The notes beneath the pieces are model-generated. The model had not been told where the DNA came from and did no database searches. It was given only the letters and a program-made list of their open reading frames with translations. DNA of 64,000 nt from Octopus sinensis (Eukaryota): NCBI RefSeq assembly GCF_006345805.1, contig NC_043000.1:61008001-61072000 (forward strand). The letters run 5' to 3'. Both the position numbers and the translations under genes were made by a program. Shown one piece after another: positions 54,373-64,000 of the stretch (the first letter of the stretch is position 1; each line of letters opens with the position of its first letter).

Positions 54373-55454
54373 GTGATATGCACTATACTACGCTGTTGGA
54401 TAAAGCATTGCATGCTTTATTTTTTGCCTCTATTTTAAGTTATGTAGGATATTTTCGGGTTTCAGTTTGCAGGTGAATCAAGCATAAAAAGTGTTGAATA
54501 TGCAAATTCGTATGTACAGTTTAATTTCGCTACTAATATCAGTGACTTTATGGGCAGTGTGTTCGTGGATAGTTAAGGAAGGTACACAGTTGCTGATGAA
54601 CTAAAAACAAAATTGTAATATGTATATGCAACCGTTCCTTCTTTCTCTGTGCGCGAATACGTCCGTATGTATGTATGTATGTATGTATGTATGTATGTAT
54701 GTATGTATGTGATGCTTACAATCATCGTAATGTAGAGTGTTGACGAAGAAAATCTATAGATATGTTCTATGGCGCTTTATATAACAACGAAACAGAACGC
54801 TGTTAATGTACCAGTAATTTAATACACAAAATTTTGTTTAAGGAAAATATCGGTTGTGAATTCGTGAATTTATGTTGATATTATATAGCTATTGTATTGA
54901 TGGAAGAAATATTCAACTTTTCATTTATGCGCATGCATGCATAAACACACACACACACACACACACACGCACGCACAATCATCAAATACAGTCATGCTCA
55001 TACAAATACATACACACATGTATATAATATATGATATATTGTTTTCTAATATACATAAATAAGTTATCCTTTATCAATTTTAAACCTCAAAGGCTATCAC
55101 GTTTCTCTATTAATATAAGTCAATTTAGATTTGCATAAGAAAGTAATTCTTGAAAATGTATTCATTTGTATTGAATCCACTTATAATGATAGAATCAAAT
55201 TTTTTGGCAAGTGACGTGATCGAAAACAGTATATTGAATGTAAACTAATTACATCATAGTAAAATCGTGATAGCCATTTAAAACACACATATACCGTTAT
55301 ATTCACTTTTGTTATATATATTTTTGATAATATTATCTGCCTGGTGTAGAAGCGTTAAAAGGACCTGCTCATAGACAAGATATTTAACAGTATTGACCGA
55401 CCAACGCAGAAGTGATCAACTTGTTAGAAGTCGTAGAACTAAAACCAAATTTTA

Positions 55455-55840
55455 CCTTTGTATTTTATTTGTTTTAGACTGCGGCCATGCTGGGGCACCG
55501 CCTTGACCAATTTCTTTTCGCTGAATGAATCAACCCCCGTACTTATTTCTTGTATTAAGCCTGGTACTTATTCTATCGGTCTTCTTTTGCCAAACCACTA
55601 GGTTGCAGAGACTTAAACACACCAACACCGGTTGTCAAGCGGTGGTGGGGCGCAAAAACAGACTCAAAGACCCCCACCCCCACACAGCTATATATATATA
55701 TATACGACGGGCTTCTTTCAGTTTCCGTCAACCAAATCCACTCACAAGGCTTTGGTCAGCCCGAAGCTATAGTACAAAACACTTGCTCAAGGTGCCACGC
55801 AGTGGGATTGAACCCAGAACCATGCGATTGGTAAGCAATC
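55455..55840 (-). mobile_element. SINE family B copy
   Basis: gactgcggccatgctggggcaccgcc ... ctttcagtttccgtcaaccaaatccactcac ... ggtgccacgcagtgggattgaaccc. Confidence 0.88.
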
Positions 55841-58132
55841 TTCTTTTATTCATTTAATTGGCCACAAGGGTCTTACACAGAATGGAAGCTGCGGGCTGGA
55901 CACACATAATGATATGAATGACAAATGAAATGGTGAAAAATGAGGGCAAGAGCAATGCCCGCCGATTTCTGTATACCGAGCACATTGTTCTTTTATAAAA
56001 CATTTTGAGGCAACAAACCTCTTACAAAAACACATTAAGGAGGCGATATACCTCTTACATTGACTACATATAAAACCATTTTGAGGCAATCTTTTTACCA
56101 CACAAACGCCTGCGTCTATACCGTTTAAAACAATGAAAACAATAAAGGACTGGATGTTCATCACAACTGGAGCACCACTAATGATAGGTTTTCTCAGTGA
56201 GGTTTAAACGGGCTAAAAGCAGCAGCAGCAACAACAACAACAACAACAACAACAACAGTTACAACGATAACAAAAGGAGCAGTAGTAGTAAGAGCAACAA
56301 AAGCAACAACATTGGATTAATTGATATTGAACTGGTGTCAACGACATTTACTATGGAGATATGACGACTGTGAAACTGAGAAAAGTGTCCTCGAAAATTA
56401 TGTGGTTTGACTTTTGATGAATGATTTTATATAACCAGTTTGATATAACAGATGTAATTGTTCAGAGGAAATCTTGCCGTGGGCATCATAATTCACTGTA
56501 TTTGGTTCTGAAATGTTTTCCTCTTTACAGTCTGTATAATGTGATGGTTACCCAAGACGCGCATGTCAGTGCGCTCGGGTTTTTAGGTGGCACATGTAAT
56601 ACTTTGAAAAATAAACAATATAAGAAAATTAAAATCTGCTGGTAAAATTATGCTATAAGAAGCTAGTCAATCAAAAATATTTAGCGAGCACGAAAATACC
56701 TGTATACATGTAAGTGATACCTCGATAAAAGGATTATTAAAGAAGCAAAAATTTCGACATGCTGGTTAAAAAAAAGAGAAAAAAAACACGTTCACACTGT
56801 ATGATTTTTCGAGTAAATCTGACGTATGGCTCTTTAATTTCAAACCAAAATTTGTAGCCTATATTAGGCAACTACGAACATAAAGCTGCAACATTCTGCT
56901 CCTTCGGCCACTTTACAATATTATTAACATGGATAGATTTTAATTAAAAGGCGAGGTATAAAGCTAAGGCCAGACTTCTGAATGAAAGGATGTGTTTTAT
57001 CAATTGAATTAAACCCGTAATTAGTAATTAACAATAGTAATTACTATTTCCATTGATACTGAATAATGAGGAAAATGAGGCGTATCGATATCCCATCGGG
57101 AAATGTAATGTTTGACAATACATTTCCTGCTAGTTCAATTACCTAATGTATAATGTGTTTCGAAACTTAAAATGATTATCTACCCCTGAGAAAAAGAGTA
57201 GCGAAGAGCAAATTAAATAATTAAGCAATCAGTCTGTGAATAATCCTGCTACTATGCCGTTCTCACGCCATAGATTTCTAACAATGGCATATATAAGGCT
57301 CCACACATTTTAGTACACAAGGCACCCATTTAAATCGACCTCCGTACTTGACTGGTAATTATTTTATTTACCCTTGGATGGATGAAAGTCAAAGGCAATT
57401 GAGTCAAGACCGAAATTAATTAAAGCGCAATTAATTAAATATTGCAGGTAGTTTTCTCTATCGATCCAACGATTGTGTTTCCTCCCGTACTTAGGCTGCC
57501 TACACAACAATAAGAGAGTATCTATCTGACGAGATATAACACCAGTGAACACAGAAAAATCATTCGTTTGGAACCGGATCTAACATAGTTCTCTAAAAGA
57601 AATTCATTACTCCATAACGGGTAGTATTCTTGCACACAGTCAAAAGAAACAGGGTACATAAAATTTGAAATGCAACTATACGCTCCCTAGGTAATTATTT
57701 TGTATGCGACACTAATTTTTTTTAAAGACTGAAGCTGTAGAGTTTTCAAAGAACGTTGCGGTTGCCTGGAGAACATTGATTGGATTATTGACTCTGCAGG
57801 ATCATGTTTTGTTTTTTGCTTAACATATATTTATTTTTATTTCTCGTCTTCTCTGATTCATATCGCCAATGAAGATGGATAATATTTGCTGATCTAATAA
57901 ACGTCCATTGATGTTTAAGCTGAAATTAAAGCTGCTTTAACTACGTACTATGAGACATACACGAATGTAGTGGTTCAGAAATACATGCATGTAAGCTAAT
58001 GAACATGCAGCAACTACACGCACGCACACACACACGCACACACATACACATACACACACAAAATACCTGTGCCCGCACTCTCATATGCATCACAGTAAGA
58101 GGGTATTTGCATGATACACACACATATATATG

Positions 58133-58207
<75 letters not shown>

Positions 58208-58316
58208 GAGTGCTTGTGTATGGCATTTATGTATACATGCACGTATATGTGCATATACACATGCATAATACATATGTATGTACGTATGTATGCATGTATG
58301 TATGTATGTATGTATG

Positions 58317-58375
<59 letters not shown>

Positions 58376-58633
58376 ACATGCATACATATATGTTTACACA
58401 CATACACATATATACACTCACATAGTTGTCTTTCGGTTTACACGGTAGATTGACTCTGTGAGTCACCAAGCAAATCGAAACCGTGTAAAATGAGGGAGAT
58501 AAGCTTTGTTGATGTTAAAAAACACCTCAAAGTTTAAGCACTCGTGATGAATAGAGAAATACGATTATCGTGTGTGTATTTGTATGTGCATGTATGTGTG
58601 TGTGTGTGTGTGCGTGTGCGTTTGTGTGTGTGT

Positions 58634-58679
<46 letters not shown>

Positions 58680-58996
58680 TAATATTAAGTTATGTCTTCT
58701 ACACAAAACAACAAAGATTTATACATTCTTTTCATAAATCACTACGTATGCATGATTTTTACCTTGAACTTATTGAAGATTCAGAGATAATGCTGGTTGT
58801 AATTTTTTTTTGTCTTCGTTTCTTTTCTTTGTTCTAAAAATCGCTCTGTATATTACAACGGGTTCACGGTTTCGGTTGAATCCTTTCCGATTTGAAGTTG
58901 GTTTAATGTATTCATTCTCACTTCCAGAGAAAGCTACATTCTCAACACTTCAAACTCTATTATTCAATCGCCGAAATATCTAACAGAATATATTTA

Positions 58997-59087
<91 letters not shown>

Positions 59088-59096
59088 ATACTATTG

Positions 59097-60414
59097 GATG
59101 CGTCCCGATGGTCAGGCGATCCATTTGCTGTCAAAACCCGTTAAAAGGAGGACTGGGCATGCCGTGGTTGATGATGCGCAGACACGCGCTGAGACTGCAA
59201 CATCTCAGGCTCTTCGTAGACGACGGTGAACAGGTGTGGTCACCGTTTGTGAGACGCGCTTTCCCGCAGCTAGTCTCCATGACCAAACTGCAGTCGTGGA
59301 TCAAAAAGATGCCGAGGAAGGGCGAATGGCACCGCGAGTGTCGCGTTGCTCTCAAGCAACTCTGCCGTCCCGGGTCGACCCTGATTGACTCCATCACAAC
59401 CCAAGCATTCTATAGGGGATTAGTGGAGGGGAGGCACGACGACGAGCTCGGTGCGAACCTGGACGTCGACGAGGAATACCTGACCCGCCTGTTCGGGACG
59501 ACTTTCGGGCCAGGGTCCATGGACAACTTCCAGAGATCCCTGGCCTGGCAGTGCTACCGAGAAGCGCTACCCGTTCGGGATAAGCTCTACAGACACGGCT
59601 CGAGAAACACGGGGCCGACCTGCCCGAGATGCAGTCAGAGCGACGAAACCGTTCTGCACGCACTCGTGCAGTGTCCAACAATTTCCGACCTGTGGGCTTA
59701 TGTCGAACAACTGCTGTCACGTGTGGGACGAGTCGGTTTATCAGCTGAGTCTATCGTCAATATTGTCACGCCTCCTTCCTTCAAACGGGAAGGAAGAGCT
59801 ATTTTCATCATCCTTGTGGCTATGACGAAAGAATGTATCTGGTGGACGTGTCTGAAAGGATTGGAGACAAACACTTTCCTCTCTGGTCAATCTCTCATCA
59901 ACTTCTTCAAGTACCACTTGAAAAGGAAAGTGAGAGTAGAGAGGCAAGTTTTGTTTAGCGAATGTTTTAAAAAAAGATGGGTGATTGTAGCAAGGATGGC
60001 ACGTATGAATGACGAAGTCACCTTGAGCATAATCCTATGAACCCAGAAATTGAAAACAGAGAGTTACCCACTTGCAAACAATATTGACCGAGGTTACCGT
60101 GGTCTTTTTCGTAGGCTTTTCTTCCCACGGATAAACCTTATCTGCTTTCCCCTTTACACCGTACTTCATGACACTGTGATACACGATCCCTATTGATCGT
60201 TTTTTTCCTCTTCCCCTTTTTTCCTCTTTTTTCTTCTTTTTTCTTTTTTCTTTCATTTGTTTCTTTTCCTTTTTTTCTTTTTTTCCTTTTTCTCTTTTAC
60301 AATCCATTTTGATCGAAAACCTACGCCACTTTTTTTTTTCATCCCCCAAAAGAAAAGCTCTACCTTGTAATTTGTCCCATCTGTGTGCAGCCCTGTGTGG
60401 CCAATAAAGAAACT
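59097..60414 (+). mobile_element. 5'-truncated L1/Tx1-clade LINE with 16-bp TSD
   Basis: TSD TATCTATATACTATTG at 59081-59096 and 60415-60430; GC-rich body in an AT-rich background; open C-terminal ORF followed by a T-rich 3' UTR. Confidence 0.92.
59108..60040 (+). CDS. C-terminal part of a LINE ORF2 (GGLG motif, zf-RVT zinc finger)
   Basis: 310-aa open frame; PLKGGLGMP; AWQCYREALPVRDKL...TCPRCSQSDETVLHALVQCP matches the zf-RVT pattern of L1/Tx1 ORF2. Confidence 0.9.
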   Translation: MVRRSICCQNPLKGGLGMPWLMMRRHALRLQHLRLFVDDGEQVWSPFVRRAFPQLVSMTKLQSWIKKMPRKGEWHRECRVALKQLCRPGSTLIDSITTQAFYRGLVEGRHDDELGANLDVDEEYLTRLFGTTFGPGSMDNFQRSLAWQCYREALPVRDKLYRHGSRNTGPTCPRCSQSDETVLHALVQCPTISDLWAYVEQLLSRVGRVGLSAESIVNIVTPPSFKREGRAIFIILVAMTKECIWWTCLKGLETNTFLSGQSLINFFKYHLKRKVRVERQVLFSECFKKRWVIVARMARMNDEVTLSIIL

Positions 60415-60574
60415 TATCTATATACTATTGTGTCTGGAGAGAGTCATTTTCTTAGTTGCATCAAACCTCTTAACCTTTTCTACATTCATACATACATACA
60501 TACATACATACATACATACATACATACATACATACATACATGCATGCATACATACATAATACATACATATATGC

Positions 60575-60650
<76 letters not shown>

Positions 60651-60679
60651 AGACATATTCATAGAAAATCAAGCGGCGC

Positions 60680-60930
60680 CCTTAGCTCTTAGATCTTCCA
60701 CTGCATTCAGCACAACGGGCATCAATGGTCCCAGGTCATTCCTAATCTGTAGCTGAGCACTCCACAGACACGTGTAACCTTAACGTAGTTCTCGGTGAAA
60801 TTCAGCGTGACAGAGTGTGTGACAGGGCTGGCCCTTTGAAATACAGGTACAAGAGAAACAGGAAGAAAGAGTGAGAGAAAGTTGTGGTGAAAGAGTACAG
60901 CAGGGTTCGCCACCACTCCCAACTGTATCC
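60680..60930. repeat. interspersed repeat of unassigned class
   Basis: GC-richer block (acgtgtaaccttaacgtagttctcgg...gtgacagggctggccctttgaa) that I recall as a dispersed cephalopod repeat; only one copy in this window. Confidence 0.4.
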
Positions 60931-61808
60931 TTACAGGATACAGTTGGGGGTCTTTACCTTGTATTCGTTGAAGTTTGGTTTTGATTGGTTTGGAATTATT
61001 TGACGTCAGTGAACAGTGCCAGTGAACCCACTACTTTTGCTGCTTCGATCAACAGTCCTCTACTACTAACCCCAACCACCACTAGGTTGCCAAAATTACG
61101 ACCAACTACTACGACCAACAATCACTACTGTTGCTACCATTGGAACACAAGGTAACAAAAAAGCGGTTCCTTTTAATACCAGCAAGAATGGACTTCTTCA
61201 ATACACTCAACAGGAATATAGCGATTATACCAACTACCGACAAAACGCCACCACATGGATTCTATTTAGAACAGTAAGAAACGATTATGAACTTTTCAAT
61301 TTTCATTTTGTATAATATTTTTGATAAGGTTCGTTTTTTCAAGAATCGAAACATGTAAAATTCATAAGAAAATTAAAATTTATCTAATATAGTGGCGTTT
61401 TCAAACTTCTTTTTTACATATATATATATAAACACACACACACACACAAAATCGCACACTCGCACACACACACATACACACACATATATATGATAACTTG
61501 TATATATACGCATGTATGTACGCACGTATGTGTTAAAAGTTACGGCCGCAACATTGTAGCTTTATTAACTTTAATCAACGAAGAAGCTTCCGAATAACGA
61601 TGTGAAGTTATAGCTGTGATAAAATTCTTGGAAATCATTTCAGAAATTTCGAACTTTTATGGCAATTCCAGCAGATGGTTTCTTGCGAAATGCAGCTTGA
61701 CCTTTGGAAACATAATTACTGTCTTGGAACAGTGAGTATAAACTTAGTTGCTTCACCCTTGTGAAAGGTCGTACATGTTTAATGTATCATCTCTCTCTCT
61801 GTACCCAA

Positions 61809-61905
<97 letters not shown>

Positions 61906-61907
61906 CC

Positions 61908-61942
<35 letters not shown>

Positions 61943-62094
61943 ACTATACCCATCTCTCTACGCATATTATTTTCAGATTGCTAACGAATATAGTCGTTCA
62001 AAGAAGCTGATTGCACGGAAAATAGTAATGATATACAAAAGAAGTTACCGTAAAGTTGGAATCAACATTTAATTTAGGCGTGTTGTTTTTGATA

Positions 62095-63155
62095 ATCTTT
62101 TATCTTTTACTTGTTTCAGTCATTGGAGTGCGGTCATGCTAGGACACCACTTTGAAGGGTTTAGTCGAACAAATTGATCCTGTAATCTTTAAAAGCCTGG
62201 CGGTTATTTTATTGTCTCTTTTGTCGAACCGCTAGCTTACGCCGGCTGACAAGGGATGGTACTGGACAAATACACACACAAATACACACGCACATAGGTA
62301 CATACATACATACACACATACATACATACATACATAATGACCTCAATAAAATGTAAGCACAATTGACCTGATATAATGATTTGGGATAGAGAAGAGAAAC
62401 TGTGTACAGTTGTGGAAATTAGCAGCCCAGCGGATGTTAACATAAAGCTGAAGATCAATGAAAAAGAGAATAGCAACGCTGAACTGTTGAGAAATCTGCA
62501 GTTACTTTATCCAGATTACAAGTTTAGGTTTATACCTGTAATTACTGGGGCCCTAGGATATGTAACACACTGTCTAAATATCAACCTTGAGAAATTAGGC
62601 TTCTCAAAACCAGAAAGAAGAAAGCTAATACGAAGATTGCAGATCCAATCCATCACTGGAACTGTAACAATCAGTAAAATTTTCCAAAAGTTTATCATTT
62701 AAATATATATGAGCATGTCTAGATGTGCAATTATATGCATGAGAATACATACATAAAGCAAACATACAAATCTGCATACATAGATACATACATACATACA
62801 TACGTACATACATGCATACATACATACATACATACATACAAAAAAATACCATGTTGTTGATGTTGAAATTCTGATGAAGGCGCCATGGATCTAGGTTAGA
62901 AACCGGCTCTTTCTCTATTGGCAAGAAATCTTGAAATAAAACTGAACAATGACGTACACATATAAGTATATATAGATATATATACTACGGAATTCTTTCA
63001 GTTTCTGCCTGCCAAATCCACTTACAAAACATTTTTTCGGTCCAGGTCTATAGTAGAAGATACTTGCCCAACTTACCATGCAGTGGTACTGAATCCGGTA
63101 CAGAATCAGATTGAGAAGCAAACTTCTTACCACAAAGCCATGCCTGCGCCTATAT
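62095..63155 (-). mobile_element. SINE family B copy split by insertions in its internal microsatellite
   Basis: 3' half at 62095-62280 and 5' half at 62970-63155, about 690 bp apart instead of the roughly 30-130 bp seen in other copies. Confidence 0.82.
62340..62702 (+). mobile_element. 5'-truncated R4/Dong-like LINE: restriction-like endonuclease (REL) domain
   Basis: HN*PDIMIWDREEKLCTVVEISSPADVNIKLKINEKE...FIPVITGALG matches the PD-(D/E)xK REL C-terminus of R4-clade elements; flanked by (TACA)n on both sides. Confidence 0.85.
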
Positions 63156-63712
63156 ATAAACCAAACAACTCCTCTTGTCTCACTTTCCTTTTCCCTTTTC
63201 TCTATACACCCACATGTACACACATACGCATCAAACATACACACAAGCGCGTGGTATGTTTGTTTTGAAAATCGTACAGTATTGTGGATTGTTTTAGCAA
63301 AAGGTGTTAATTTAGTTAGCGTATAGACAAAAGTATGTCTTTGTAAATTGATTGAGGATTATGTAACTGTAAGTTGGGGGCTACTATCGACCGCCAGGTG
63401 TATATTCTACGGAAAATCAGGGGAACAATTAACATTGTAACAGGATTTGTATCTTTTTTTTTTGTCATTGGCCAGCAAGAGTTATTTCCTACTTGCTAGA
63501 AATTAAAGGAAATGGTTACTATTCCCTTCAAGCTTTGCTTTTTTAACTTGGACATCGATGTTTTGAAACTGACCCATTTTCCATTACATTACAGACACAT
63601 TCAGCGCTGATATACTGAAGCAGAAATATTGTTATAGCAAATATTCTGCTCAGTACCACAAATTTGCCTGACTGATACTTGATCTAAACCACTCAAGCAT
63701 GTCCCTAAATAG

Positions 63713-63838
63713 TTACCAATATATGCATCTCTGATCATGAGCAGGATTAGTTGGGGAGCATCATACTCATGTGCTGAGCGAGATAAATATCGTGCAAAAT
63801 TTGAAGAAAATGTTAGCCATTTTTCACACATTCTCGGG
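63713..63838 (+). CDS. candidate internal exon (LPIYASLIMSRISWGASYSCAERDKYRAKFEENVSHFSHILG)
   Basis: Acceptor ccctaaatAG, strong donor GGG|GTAAGC, 126 nt, phase 0 to 0, open frame. Confidence 0.3.
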
Positions 63839-64000
63839 GTAAGCAAATAGGAGATAACAGTTGCTACCCCTAAATTGTGTTACACAGTGTAATTTATAAA
63901 AGCAAACAATGAAAGCCCCTCCCCACTAAACATTTTAGAGAAGTCAGTTGCAGATGCAAGCAAATTGATATGAATTACATCACATGACAAACGTTCGACT

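Noticed and set aside
58437-58489. Small branched hairpin (tttacacggt...accgtgtaaa)
   Set aside because: A 10-bp stem is within chance expectation, and no ribozyme or miRNA hallmarks were seen.
59131-59947. Minus-strand ORFs opposite the LINE ORF2
   Set aside because: Shadow ORFs of a GC-rich coding strand.
61010-61151. Thr/Pro-rich segment with a strong donor (mucin-like exon)
   Set aside because: Low-complexity ACT/ACC composition and a weak acceptor; it could be a decayed trinucleotide repeat.
62878-62902. CTGATGA...GAAA as a hammerhead core
   Set aside because: Stem II cannot form and I found no stem I or III partners.

Overview
Eukaryotic, AT-rich, repeat-saturated genomic DNA with one 100-N assembly gap (3973-4072). 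The SINE families and very high microsatellite density look like an octopus or other coleoid cephalopod genome; this is inferred from repeat recognition, not from a search. I found no rRNA, intact tRNA, CRISPR array or prokaryotic gene. Most entries in the ORF track are microsatellite translation artefacts. Recognisable content: at least three tRNA-derived SINE families in many copies; a decayed Ty3/Gypsy LTR element with a still-alignable LTR pair; a young 5'-truncated L1/Tx1-clade LINE with a 16-bp TSD; two R4/Dong-like LINE relics; three Tc1/mariner relics; an internally deleted Buster/Charlie hAT element with TIRs and TSD; two long palindromes; a 1447-bp near-identical tandem duplication; and a 2.1-kb array of a ~493-bp unit with an internal orientation switch. 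Host coding sequence is limited to low-to-moderate confidence exon candidates, the best being a two-exon minus-strand model (16206-16107 + 12408-12182). The most interesting signals are a ~50-nt 3' tail shared between the Tx1-like LINE and the dominant SINE (a candidate LINE/SINE partnership), the inverted/tandem 493-bp array with Helitron-like termini, and an R4-like REL fragment inserted in a microsatellite inside a SINE.
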